A stretch of 64,000 bases of DNA from contig OZ234493.1 of NCBI GenBank assembly GCA_965153455.1, positions 24,294,213 to 24,358,212 of the forward strand. The letters run 5' to 3'. A program made the translations under genes and the position numbers. This DNA comes from Sphagnum compactum. Taxonomy: Eukaryota. The notes under the pieces are model-generated. The model did no database searches and was not told the origin of the DNA. It saw nothing but the letters and a program-made list of their open reading frames with translations. Shown one piece after another: positions 1 to 12,775 of the stretch (position 1 is the stretch's first letter; the number at the start of each line of letters is the position of its first letter).

Positions 1-41
1 ACAAGCCCTCTTGTGACAAGAGAACATTAACCAGAACATAC

Positions 42-1961
42 CAATGACTGTAGGAATCTCTCCAAAGCTCAGGGAATCCCTGAAGAACTCCACACTCTGG
101 TCATATGAAGCAAGCATGCCCATGTTGAGAGCCATAGCTCGCACCACTGTTGGCCCTGCACCCTTCCACATTGCCAGCACTCCCTCATCCTTGATGATTC
201 TTGTGAGGGCATGGAAGGCATTTTTGTAATGGCGACGATGAGCTTCTGGAAGTGTGGCATCTGCTTGCATCCGGATGAGAGCAAGGTCAGCAGGACTTCC
301 CACAGAGGCACCAATTGCACCAGCTGTTAGTCCACATAGAGCCTTCTGGTACAGAGGCAAAGGCTTTCCATCATTGGCTGCCATAGCCTTGCTTGTCAAC
401 AACCTGTCATCCCAAAAAAAATGCACCCATTTGGCTTAGCAACCTTCCTCATTCTCTATAGAGCTTCCAAATCTCTAAAACAATATTTATTTAGAGCTTT
501 TGGTCTAGAAATTTGGAACTATACTAAGCACCCAATTCATGTGCAGGCAAATCTCTTTGCACAAGCTTGGCAAGATTAGAATCTGTCAGCAGCTGATTAG
601 AGCACAGGTGGAAATAACAAATGAGTGGTTTTGAAGTGCCAGAGAGAAACACATTTTCAGAGACATGAATGATGAGTTTTCAGACCTGAAGCTACCAAGA
701 CGGGCAGTGGTGTAAGTGGCTTGCCGCAACAAACCTGCGGACAAACCCTGCATTCCAATTCACATTGAAAGATGAGGAGGATATCCTTGCCAAAATTGAC
801 AACACAATGACACTCAAGGAAAACCACTGTAGTCCAATCTCAGTGATCCATTACAAAACTCCAAGTTTCAGCATGGATGCCCAACAACTACCTTTCAAAG
901 AGACAAGCCAATCCCTGTGTCATGAAGGCTGAAATATATACAGCCACAAGGTTCACAGGTGCAAGGCAAGACATCAGCTACTCAACCTGACAATTACAAA
1001 TCCACATTAGGGTTTGAAATAGAAGCCATGAACTCTCTCACAGATAGAACAAAGACAGACAGACACAGAGGCAAAAAATGTAAGTGTTTGCATTTGCTAG
1101 ATAAGATGGGAGGATGAGGGATCTCAAAAAATAAAATCAGACCTTGTAGAGTCCACCAATACCCTCATTCTTGATAACCTGACTTGCAACATGTGCGGCA
1201 CTGCCTTGCCCTAGCTGAATGCGCACCTGCACCAGCACACGCATTGTTGATCAGTCCTTGTTTCATGGCTATTTACTCCATCCACATGAGAGGATTCATA
1301 AAAGGAGTCTCTGTTTTATGAATCGCTCCATCCACAGAGGAGAAAAGCAGTCTCTCTTTAGAGAATTCTCGGGAACCAAGAAGACCCATCCAAGCTTTGA
1401 TGTAGGGTTATTTCGGAAGTCAACTAGAGCTGATCAGAACTTCCCAACTGTATAATCTAACCATCTAACTGTGTACTGAAGTTTTTCTGATGCCTTTTGC
1501 TGACAAAACCATAACATAACTCCTTGTGAATTGGACTATGCATGCAGAGATCTATCGATTAACAACATCATATCAAGGAACTCTTGCTGCTCAGGAGATG
1601 AGTAAACATCAGAGGCAGAGGACATAACAGACCACTCTTGGAACAGATCAGGAATCATTTATAGGGTTACAACAAGACAACCAGTGTGAGTTTGCAATCA
1701 ACACACATCCCAAGGTGGTTTTCCCCCTAGGAACCGGAAGCAGCAGGCCGTCAAGCGGAAAACGCCGCTATTCGAGCTTCATTTCCTCCCTCAAAGATCC
1801 CATGCATCAACGATTTCTGAAGGACACTTTACCTTGATCATGTCCACGGGTTGAATGACACAAGTTGCACCCATGCCTGACAAACCTCCATTCAGAAACG
1901 GCTTGACGGTAGTCCATACAGTTGTTACTGGCACTTTATTCTCTTCCGATCTAGAACCCAT
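42..1961 (-). CDS. DTC: Mitochondrial dicarboxylate/tricarboxylate carrier (SLC25 family); 5' part only, gene continues past the left window edge
   Basis: Exons (minus) 1961-1833, 1226-1143, 747-686, 403-42, all GT-AG and phase-consistent. Translation: MGSRSEENKVPVTTVWTTVKPFLNGGLSGMGATCVIQPVDMIK|VRIQLGQGSAAHVASQVIKNEGIGGLYK|GLSAGLLRQATYTTARLGSFR|LLTSKAMAANDGKPLPLYQKALCGLTAGAIGASVGSPADLALIRMQAD...GAGPTVVRAMALNMGMLASYDQSVEFF. Contains carrier PxDxxK/R-type signatures and closely matches plant DTC as recalled. Confidence 0.96.
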
Positions 1962-2001
1962 CTTCACTTGAGCCAGCTACTGGCCCTCTGAGCTCTTCCC
2001 C

Positions 2002-2220
2002 TCTCTCTCTCTCTCGTCCTTTCGAACGATCCAAAAGAGAGATTTTTTTTATAAAACAAACGACGACCACAACAACAACAACAACAGCATGGAAACTGCC
2101 CCTGCAACCAAACGCAGGCACTGCAACTGCAGTAGAGGATTGGAGCGATGGCCACCGGGGAGGGGAAGAAGAGCCGACTGCACGAAAGCTGCTCCGCACG
2201 CACGCACGCACGCACGCACG
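2002..2220. repeat. Microsatellites (CT)n, (CAA)n and (GCAC)n in the probable DTC 5' UTR
   Basis: ctctctctctct ~2002-2015, caacaacaacaacaa ~2069-2086, gcacgcacgcacgcacgcacgcacg ~2196-2220. Confidence 0.85.
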
Positions 2221-4338
2221 GTCTCCCGCGCGCGCACAAACGGCGTTGCTGGGCGAGGAAGAAGGCACAGGAAGCACAAACGAATGGCGCCGTCGATGAC
2301 GTCAACCGTTCGTCTTTCACCGTCCAGGCTTCCGTCTTGCACCATTCACGGCGACAACGACCACTGTCAAGTGCTGGACAGCCACGAACGAATCGGATGG
2401 AAAATCCATCATACAAATATCTAGAATCGGAAGGAAAAAAGTGAACAAGAGGATGAAAACACCGGTTTCATCCAGGATGGAAACGTCAGAAATAAATCAT
2501 CCACAACCTAGCTCACGTTTTCCGATTAACAACCGGTAAGTATGAGACGTGGGTAGGTAACTGGGTGACTAGGTAGCTGTAGCTACCTACATACCTATGA
2601 CTTGATCTAGACTCTCCTGTACCCTAATGTTGCCGTGTGCACTTTAAAGCTTTTGACACGTGTCTTTCTCTCAGGTCGGCCACGTCTGGGCTCAGTGAAC
2701 GTGGCAGAAAGTGAAGGCAAAGGACAGGACCGGACAGTCGACCGTAATTGCCGCGGGCAAGGAACCGGTCCATATCGCCCGTCGCCCGCGATAACTATTA
2801 ATACAACCCGGTGGCGTCCAGCCCAAGAAAACAACAGACTTGCTTGGCCCGGCCCGCTTCATAAGTTTTTTTTTTTGAGCCCGTTTCTTTTCCGGGCAGG
2901 ATCAAATTTTTTGGAAAAAAGAAAACGTTTAATAACTGGAAGTAGCCTTACCAAAAAGTGTGTGAACTTTGCTTGCTTGCTTGCTTGTGTGGACAAAAGT
3001 GTTGCAGGTATGGGGCCCACCAACACACCAGTTTGGATGAATGGTGATTTGGATTGGAATTTTTTTTTCATTGGGTTCCTATCCCCAGTCAACTACCCCT
3101 TGTTAACATATGTAGTCTATTTAATGCTCTACTATCTATCTTTAATTACAAAATTTTTTTTTACAAAAATTCTCCTCTTTCCTACTAACTTCTTCCGTAC
3201 TAACTAAATGATTCAACTCATGCATACATGTTGACAGTTGAAAAGACGTGAAAAAATTCAATATATCATTCAAGAATAGTCTCTATAAATATATATATAT
3301 ATATATAGATCAACAATTAAATTTTGGGAATGTTACATTGAAATTTTAGATCTTTTTAAAATTTTGATTTCAAACATTAAGGTGAATGGACTAAAAAAAA
3401 TAATCCTAATTAGTAAAAAAAATTGTATTTTTTTATTTTTTAAAATTATTAAATACGATTTTAAAATTTTTTATTACTATTTATATTGCAAGAAGTGTTG
3501 AGCAATGAAACCGTATACTCCAATTGTGAATTTCAATTATTTGTCAAAACATTTCAATAGAAATGCGTAGTTGGCTATGAGAATTGAATAGAAAATTTTG
3601 CCATCACTAATCTGAAAAAGATGAGAAATTATTTAAATTTATGTGAACTTTGTGATCATTTCTTTAAAAAAATTTAAATGACCTAAGTAGACCATTAACA
3701 TATACATATTCAATTGGTTCAAAATGTTGAAAATTATAAGTTTTATATGAAGGGATAGATTCAAAATACACTCCACATCGAAACATAATGCATTTTGATA
3801 TTTTATTCCAAATGTAAATTGGTCTTTGTAAATACCTAGTAATCCAAAATATTACAATGAAATCTATTCACAAACTCCCATAGTAACATTTAGTATCTTT
3901 TTGTCACATATTGATGTTCATTTGTGATCATACTTTGACATAAATCAAACAAAAATTGGATTTAATTTTTGAATATGACATTGTTGGGTTTTTAAAATAT
4001 TGAATAATAATCATTGATTTAAATATGCCATGTTATTTTACCTCAATTGAAGAGATGACAAATGATTATCCAATAAATCAAATATTGAATCAAAAATATA
4101 AATGTTTATTTCGTATTTGTATGTTGAAACCAAAGGAAACCACATGAATGCAATACATGTTCAAATGATGATCAACAAAATTTTATATAATTTTTTCCAT
4201 AATTATGAATTTCAACTTAATCCATATATATAAATAATAAAAATCACCTTCTTCACATGAACACATTTAAAAAAACGTGGAATCAATGATTCGTTAAAAA
4301 AATAATTTACATTGAATTTTTTTTAATTGTTTGTATTA

Positions 4339-4451
4339 AAAATTTGCTTATATTAAAAAACTACTTGTACTAAAAATTTACTTACGTTGAAAATTTGCTT
4401 GTACCAAAAAACTACTTGCATTGGAAAATCACTTGCATTGAAAATTTGCTT
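4339..4451. repeat. Degenerate 17-bp tandem repeat, ~6.5 copies
   Basis: Units such as aaaatttgcttatatta / aaaaactacttgtacta / aaaatttacttacgttg / aaaatttgcttgtacca / aaaaactacttgcattg. Confidence 0.7.
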
Positions 4452-5944
4452 CGAACATTCAAAAAGAAGAAATCGTCAAAAATATGGTATAAGGACTTTT
4501 CACATATTTGTTTAACATTTGTATAGTAAAGGCAATTATAGAAAGGTAGCACAAAAATTATCAACAACCTTAGTGTTTAAAAGAGTTTTTGTTTAGAAAC
4601 TTACTTCAATTCATCAAAGCCAAGTTTGCGTTTCACATTATGCTAGACATCATCATTAAAACTAATGGCCAAAGAAGCAACCAAACCTTCAACATGCAAA
4701 TTGGTTTCTACTTGTGGAATAAATTGTTGTATGTCTTTTTTAAAACTAACAAAGGTAGATGTGGACGACAATCAAAATTTATCAAAAATGCGAAGTAAAA
4801 TAAGGAGTTTAATTAATTGAACAAGCCAAATTCAGAAATTCAAACTCCATCATATGCACAATTGCTTCAAGCCCTTTTCCTTCAATGGTCAATAACATAG
4901 GTTCGTCATTGGTTGTAATGGAACCACAAAGAAAGCCTAATTTATGAACCTTTGATTTTGACTTTCAAAAAAGTTTTGATGAAAATGATATGAAAATAAT
5001 TTACTTCTCTTAGTGTAAGTCAAGCAATTGACAATTTATTGTGCCACTTGAAAAGGCAAGCCCAAATAGTTTCATCAACAACCTTTGTGAAAGTTATGTG
5101 TTGTGTTTTCAAACATTGATTTCCTTTGAATGTTATTGCAACATTCTTAATCAAGACCATAGCACATTAACTTCCATTGTATGTGTGAAGAAGTTGTTGT
5201 TCATATTTTATTCTAAAATTATTGTTAAGAGCAAAAACATCTTAATAAATTCACCTTTTTCATTTATAATTAACAACTATTTTTCACCCTTGCTACCCCC
5301 TCCCCTTACACTAACAATGATGACAATAATGATAACAAAACTTCAATTTTGAAAAGAACTTTTTAATTTTTGAATAGAACTGAAATGGAAAAACATTTGG
5401 AACCAACTCAGGTTCAAAAAAAACGATTGATAATATAAGGATCATTGATTCAATTGTAATGATATCATTCTTGTCACAATTCTCAAATCCCTTTTTGAAC
5501 TTTTAACTTAATAACAAAAATTTCAATTTTTATAAATATGTCTTTTTACAAATATTATTCATGAATTTCTATATAAAATGATTTCATCATGGAAATGATT
5601 ATGATTAAAATTGTCACATCCAACAAATCACAATGCAAATATGTGTAGCCTAGATATTCCATGCTTCTATTTGCAATTTGATCAAAGTTGCTTAATTTAC
5701 ATTACCAATGATAATCAACTTTTTCTTTCTTGTGTTCCCATGTATGGTTTCCAATAGTTCATCATTATTTACGTCAATCTTTAATTTAATTTAAATTAAT
5801 ATGAATATCATGGACAATGAAAAGTACATGTTAATTTGCCTTTCTTATATCTATGTAGATGAGAGAAACCCATGTAGTGAGATTAACCTTTGTGTGTAGA
5901 CAGACAGGGTTAAAAAGCAAGTACTGGTAGAGAAAGCAATTAAA

Positions 5945-6288
5945 TTTACTATATTAATTCACTACGTCTGTGCGTGCGTCTGTCTAACACGACAATTCTG
6001 CTGCAATTCTATGGCAGAACCGGCCTCTGCATTTTCTATGACAGAACCGGGTAATGCATTTTTATGGCAGAACCGGATCGTGGTGGCGGAGAGACACACG
6101 CCAGCCATCGATCGTGTCGTCACCACCGACAGGGGAACGGGGGGGGGGATCAACGGGTTAAAGAATCGGAGTGAAAAATGCGAAGGACCGGGGGGGGGGG
6201 GGGACGGGGTAAAGAACCGGAGTGGGCAATGGGAAGGACCGGGCAGGGGGGAGCTCGACGGGTGCATTATGCACCGGGTTCACACTAG
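5945..6288 (+). mobile_element. Short non-autonomous Helitron
   Basis: 3' end has the hairpin GGTGCA-tta-TGCACC (6261-6275) followed 9 nt later by CTAG (6285-6288) and then T. The 5' end A|TTTACTATATTAA...GTCTGT resembles a Helitron 5' terminus with TC mutated to TT. Sits at an A|T site without TSD. GC-rich interior with repeated ATGGCAGAACCGG and GAAGGACCGGG motifs. Confidence 0.7.
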
Positions 6289-6403
6289 TAGACTATAACT
6301 ATGCTAACCAGGGTAGATAGCTGAGGTACAGGAAGCCAATGAAAAGGAAAAAGAAACAGATTCCTTCCAACTAACATCGATCCAAACTGGTGCGCTGGGT
6401 GGT

Positions 6404-6413
6404 CACGTGGGCC
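6404..6413 (+). promoter_or_regulatory. G-box (CACGTG) overlapping a site-II-like TGGGCC motif upstream of the hydrolase gene
   Basis: gtCACGTGGGCCa about 450 bp upstream of ATG 6858; motif match only. Confidence 0.35.
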
Positions 6414-6857
6414 AGTTTTAGTCCGCTCCGCGCGGACACGCCATGTACCAAATAAGTAGCCACTTATTTGGTATTTCCGTTTCCTCACGTTTCGCGCCAG
6501 ATTCTGCACTGCTGCTGCGCAAAGAGAGTTTCGCACTCTTAAGGTTGCTTGCTTGATTCTCTGGGTTCTCGCGGCGAGCACGGACGCACGGACGGAACAC
6601 ACACGCACCCGATCAATCACTGTTAGCTTCCTAACTTTTTTCTTCTTGTATGTCGGTTTCCTTTAATTTTCTTTTTTTTGGATCCGCTATAATCCCTGTG
6701 TTTGTTTTTCTTTTCTTTTTTCGCTGTTCTCGGTTTCTTGTTTCTTGTCGGATTTTGGAATTTTTTTCTTTTAGTTGTGAAATTTTGTTCCCGTTCGTTT
6801 TTTGTTCTCTTTTGTGTTTCAGATCGGTTGATTTATCGTGCTTTGGTGGAGGGGACG

Positions 6858-9800
6858 ATGGAGGTGGCGGCATGTCGCGCTTTCTTTCCAGGAGCAGCAG
6901 CGGTAGTATCGGTTGAATTGCGCGCTTCTCTTCATGACGCACCGGTAAGAGGTGTTTGCTCTTCAAGAATTGAGGTAGTTTGATTGTTGATTCTTCTTTG
7001 CATGTGAATGTATTTTTCGGGAGTTTGGCGTCAAATCTAAGCCCGGCTTCGGAGAATGCTTCCGTGACAATTTCTTTGTTTTGCTCATTTCTCAAAAGGC
7101 TGCGCTCCTGTTCGTAAACAAACTGCCTCGGTTGTTTGTTCAGTGAAACTTTTCTTGATTGTTTTTTGGAAAATTGCTCCCGTTTGCAAAACTGTTTCCG
7201 TTGTCGTTTAGTGAATATGGCGATGTGAAGGAAGTCAGGGAGTGTATAATCTCTGTCCGACGGTCCGGCCTTTTGCAGCTAGATTTGTTAGTGATTGTAG
7301 TTGTGTTTTGTTGCCTTAGTGCTCTTGGATCTTGTGAAACTTTTGAGGACTCTACTTGTCATCGGCTGGTTGCAAGTAGCAAGAATTACAGACTCTTCAT
7401 ATGAGAAAATTCGTTGCCATGGAAACTCTTGACAGGCTGACATGTGTTGCACACCTGACTCTTCCATGGTGCAATTTTATAGCTGCATCATCAGATGCTC
7501 TTTGCTTCATGATGTTCTTCTATTGAGCAAGGAGTTCTATACAGGTTGATGGAATTTCCACCTTTTTATTTGGTTGTCGTGGCAGCAACAGCAAGGAAGA
7601 TGCTCGAGTGGTGCAATTTTGCAAAAAAGGAGAGTCCAGTTTAGCAACAACCTAGAGTACTACTCAAGGCACAGCAATGTTTCTACTTCAAGGCCAGGGC
7701 ACTTGAGGATCCTTGGTTTAGATAAGCACTCCAGGACCTCCAACAAGTTTGCAAACACCTTGTTGAATTTCTCAAGTTGTTCTTTTAGCTGCAGCTCTTC
7801 AAGGGACCCCAGGGTACAACACCACAACTCCATCATCTATGCAGGTGTGTATTGGTGCACTGATCTTATGTGATTTAGGGCTCTGCATGTGAGGAGACAA
7901 GAAAAATTTCCCAAAATACCCTCAGTGGGAAAATTGGAATTGCCCATCTGCCTCAATTTTGACAAGCAGAAGTCTCTCCCATTTCATTTAGAAAGCACAA
8001 CTGTATGTTATATAGGAGATGCAGCATGAATTTGAAAGCACCAACAATTGCACTGCAAGAATAAGTTGGTAGAATGGCCTTAAGAATCACTATGGAGGAG
8101 AGTATTGTGTGCAAGGCCTTGTGAGGTCAGATATGTAAGGTACTTGAGTGTTCTGAATGTTGTACAAGCACATGATGAGCCTGGATTTTTCTCTTATGTG
8201 TTCGGAACTGGGATGTGCAGGATTAGCAACAGGGCCAGGGACAGCAGATGAGTCAAAAGAAGCAGATTTTGCTTCAGCTTTGCAGAAGATTGTTGTTTCT
8301 GCAACTGACATTGGTTTATCGGAAGGCACTCGTACTGTGACTATCACGTATTCTTCTTGCACCCGCTAGTTTTTCTATCTCTGGATGGAGTCTTACCTCT
8401 TGTAGAAACTTGCATGTATTTTTTCACATTTGGACTTATTGGTCAATCAATTTTGGACAAAATACATTTAAGACAAGTGTGGCTGATGTATGTGTTTGCT
8501 TGTAATTGTAGTGTGTGTGGAGTGACCAGTGACAATGACCTTCAGAGGTACAGTCTCAGTACTGCTCCATTTTTCTTCCTTTTGTTTTTCTTGTGTGAAA
8601 GCATAATAATAATTACACACATCAATGTTACACTCACCTGAAAATGGTCAGTGGCTGCTGTTTGTTGGGGGCCCAAATAGATCACTAGAAGACTTGTATG
8701 AGTGTGATCATGGATAGGAGATCACATATATGATCTCTCACCCAAGGTTGTATAAGGTAGATGTTTCTTCAAATGGTGAAATGTCATCTTGCACACAGGT
8801 TCACTTGTTGCTGTACTCAGTTCTCTTACTTCTCTACTATATGGGATGTGCATGTATTTTGCCATGCAGGCTGCAGTCACAAGTGCTAGATCTTGATGGA
8901 GTAGGGGATGCTTGGCTTGGTCCATTCAAAGAAGGAGGACTTAGAGGGGGCTCAGTGACCATGCAGATTGAAGTAGAGAGGAGATTACCCCTTTATATGT
9001 TGATTCAGAGCATCCAGGCATTGGATGAAGCTTTGCTGATTTTGCCTTTCAAGACAAACTCTTGGCTCTGGAGGTATGGGGGGCTCTCTTGCTACGACAC
9101 ATTAGGGTCTTAAGAGTTCTTGATGCTGCATGATGCAATGTTTTATTTTGCCAATATGTGTGGAATAGACTTAATTCTGGCAGCTCATGTTTGATTAAGA
9201 ACTAATTTTATCCTTCTTCTCCTTCCTTAGTTCCTACCAGTTCTTGTTTGATGTGGTTCACTACCAGAAATATCTGCTCTGGGATCCTAGATTACAGTCT
9301 TATTGTTTGGGTGGATGGCTGTAGAGGGAATAAAATCAACTACTCTGTGGCAGGCTCTGGCAAGCCACTCATTTTAGTTCATGGCTTTGGTAAGTATCTC
9401 TCATTATGTTCAACCTTTCACATAGCTAATTTAACATGCAATGTAATGTACACATTCAACCAAAAACCAATCAATACACAGGGCAACTGTGGTGAAATCA
9501 TCCACAATTCTAGCTTGAAGTCCTCACTGTTGTTCACCATATATCCAGGACATCACATTCAGAGATTGCTGTCAGGCAAGAGCTGATGGTGAGTGAATGT
9601 TTGTCATGTGGCAGGTGGAAATGTAGGACACTTTGCAAGATTGATTCCGTATCTTGCTGAGAACTACAGAGTCCATGCAATTGATCTTTTGGGTTTTGGA
9701 GCTTCAGATAAACCTACAAATGTAGAATATGGGCCTGAACTGTGGGCAGATCTCGTGTGTGGTGTGTCCTTGTTCCCTCTAATGTTTTAGTGCTTTTGAC

Positions 9801-11856
9801 TCAATTTGCTGCCATACCCGTGCATAGGCCATCAAAGGCCTCTGTACTCAGTGTTGCCTATTTCATGGCACATTTTACTTAATTTGCAGAGATGCAATTG
9901 TAGGATCAATCAAAGATAGACATACTGTTGACGGGTAATGCTTATGCCTGTCTGTTGAATGCAGATTTCTCTGAGGAGTTTACCAAAGAGGGTGCAGTAC
10001 TATTTGGAAATTCCATAGGATCACTCACAGTGTTAGCAGCTGCTGCAAAGGCTGGCAGTGATTTATTCAAGTATGGTCTGTTCTGTCGTTTTTACTTTCA
10101 TGGTGATTTTGTTGCAGGCTTGGATAGAGCGGAGGGGGGGGGGGGGGGGGGGGGGAAGAGTTGAGTTAATAGACTAGGCCAACCATTGATGCTAAGAAAC
10201 ATTTGGAATTCTTTGCTATTAGTTATTGTTTGTCATCATGTTGTCATGGTTGCATCAATCAAGTGGAAGGATTCTACTGCTACAGACATGAGCTTATACA
10301 GGCATGGCATTGACAACAGGGGGATAGTGTTACTGAATTGTGCTGGAGCCATGAATAGGAAGGGCCTTGCACAAGATGGCTTGGCACTTCAGTTGGTAGG
10401 CCCAATCTTTGCAGTAGTTGAGTACTTACTTAAAAAACGCAAGATTGCCAATTTCTTGTTTAACAGGTAACTCTTTCTTGCCTTTTGAATTTTGATTTTC
10501 ATGGGCCTTCATCTGTGTTAGACCCTATGTGCTTTTATGTTGTTGTGGTCTCAAAGTTTTACAGTAAACATTCGAGAGGATTCAATCATGAGACAATGCT
10601 GAAATGTGGATGCTCTGCAGATTTCGGAGCAAGGAAAATGTAAAAACAATCCTGACACAACAAGCTTATCGTGATAAAGCAGCTGTAACGGACCATCTGG
10701 TAAATTTTGTCATAGTTTTTCATCTCTATAACATCAGAGATTAGTAGCTCTAGATAGAGAGGCATGGACAGCTTTAGGTGTACTCAAAGGCATTAGAGCA
10801 AGCACACATATGATGAATTCTTAACTGAGATGGTTATTCACAGTATCTCTAGTAGGAGATCCAAATTGGATTTCAAGATCAAACAAGTGTGCTTTTAGAG
10901 TCAGAAGCAATGACATGGTTCCTTGTTGGTGGAGGTTGTCTAAAGATTGTAATGCATTTGCAAACCTGCAGGTTGATATTTTGCACCATCCATCAACTGA
11001 CGAAGGGGCTTTGGATGTGTTTGTGAAAGTGTTCACTGGAGAGCCTGGTAAGTAGTCTTTTGCGGGAAGTTCTTTGTGGTATAGGTGCACTGTCGATTTG
11101 AACATATGCACCTGTACATTTTGTCATTTAGGGCTGCAAACCTCATTGTGCAGTATGGTCGGGCTTATTACTCTTATGTAGGCACAGACTGCTGAATTAG
11201 AAGTATTAATGTTACCACAAAAATTGTGTTTCATGACAGCAAAGAGAAAGATGATGTATAGATATTTGCAAAAAATCCTGGGAGCATCACTTCTGCAAAT
11301 GTTTGCACCTCTGGGCAGCTCATGATGAACTGATTAAAAGTCACTGGCAGAGACTAGAAATTGCATGGGCAAACAATGGGAGTAGAATATGTAGTGGTGA
11401 GAGGTTATCAAAGCAAAACTATGCAGGGTTTTAGAGGTAGGAAGTATGGCAGGCGGTGATCTAAAATTTTCATTCTGCTTACAGGTCCACGACCAGAAGC
11501 ATTGATGGCAAACATTGATCTGCCCTTACTCCTGTTGTGGGGTGAAAAGGACCCTTGGACTCCTGCTAATGGCCCGGTATGATCCTCCTCCTATTGTAAG
11601 TTCTATAGTTGGCTGCTTTTGTTTGCCCTTTGATGGCCACCAACAAGAACAAAGATTGGAGACTTGATCATTTGTAAATTGATGTTGTCCCCACCTTCGC
11701 TTTGAACAGGTAGCAAAGTTCTTTATGAAGCTAGCAGGAGAGCGGGACAACCTCTTTGTGGAGACACTTCCTGATGTTGGTCATTGCCCTCACGATGACC
11801 GACCTGAGCTTGCAGCTGGACGGATTCTTCATTTCCTTAACACATTTGGTTTGTAA
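6858..11856 (+). CDS. Plastid-type alpha/beta hydrolase, chlorophyll dephytylase (CLD1)/pheophytinase-like, with an N-terminal HMA-like module; ~523 aa
   Basis: 13 GT-AG exons, phase-consistent: 6858-6944, 7586-7844, 8221-8347, 8512-8547, 8870-9073, 9325-9389, 9615-9761, 9965-10070, 10320-10466, 10621-10699, 10972-11047, 11485-11576, 11710-11856. Motifs: LILVHGFGG (oxyanion hole), AIDLLGFGASDKP, nucleophile elbow GNSIG, LLNCAGAMN, WGEKDPWTP (acid), GHCPHDDRPE (His). The Ser/Arg-rich N-terminus resembles a transit peptide. The first two exons are less certain than the rest. Confidence 0.9.
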
Positions 11857-12775
11857 CTTGAAGCAGTAAGTTGCACATGGCAGAAATCTGCTCCAGATAC
11901 CATTATTCATTCAGAGACTTTTTAGGGATGCGGCACTTTCCAATGAATTTTTTATTTAAAAATGGAGATTCTCATGGAGTAATTTTTATGGCCTTGTGTA
12001 TAGGTATTATTAGCTTCAGGTCATATTCTCTGCTCCAAAGAGGATCAGCTATACTGTAGGCTCTTTCCAATCTGGATTGTGAAATTGATTTGTATTTTAC
12101 AACAGAACATGATTGTTTGATTACATGTTAACACCGTGACATACAAGGAGACCACGTAGAAGACTTTCATTCTAATTGGCACAGTGTAAATAGCATAAAT
12201 TTGTGTGTCATACAGACAGTGGTGGTGTCTGGGTTGCTTTTAGCAGTGTGGGGGGGGTGAATTCTGAGACTCTTTATGCAAAGCTGTTTTGTTGACACAG
12301 AACAATTCGAAAGTGTTGGGGTAAGGACTGAGAACAGAAGACCTCACACAGGACCCAGATTCTGAGAACAGCCTTGTTTCAGGTTCTTACTCACTGGAAA
12401 GAACCAGTCGTTTTCTGGGAGGAAGCTTAAGCAGAAGGTATCATCCTTTGTTTTGAGGCAGAATTTTTACAGACTATAAGATGCCCACTAGAAAAAATTC
12501 TTTGATGAATATGTGAATGCAAACCTTATGCAATGACTAGAGACAAACTGCTTAAATTTTAGGCCCCATGTGGACAAGAAGTAACTATAAAACCACAAGA
12601 TAGAATCCAGGACAGTTATGGTTGTTATACACATGTTCAATACCAACATGTATGGCATCCATCACCTACCATAACATCCTCACCAGCTCCACCCACAGCA
12701 GTTAAGTGGCCGGTAGTACAATGTACTGTACTCCCATACCTATACATTTATACGGAGCATGAAAATAGTTTGGGC

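Noticed and set aside
1951-3207. Several overlapping 100-190 aa ORFs upstream of DTC
   Set aside because: They run through microsatellites and GC-rich UTR/promoter DNA, with low-complexity translations and no domain motifs.
7545-7585. Acceptor tatacag at 7544 as the start of hydrolase exon 2
   Set aside because: Leads to TAG at 7653 in the phase set by exon 1; the acceptor at 7585 keeps the frame open.
10132-10155. Poly-G tracts (also ~6190 and ~41715) as G-quadruplex elements
   Set aside because: Simple homopolymers with no supporting context; lengths are also prone to sequencing error.
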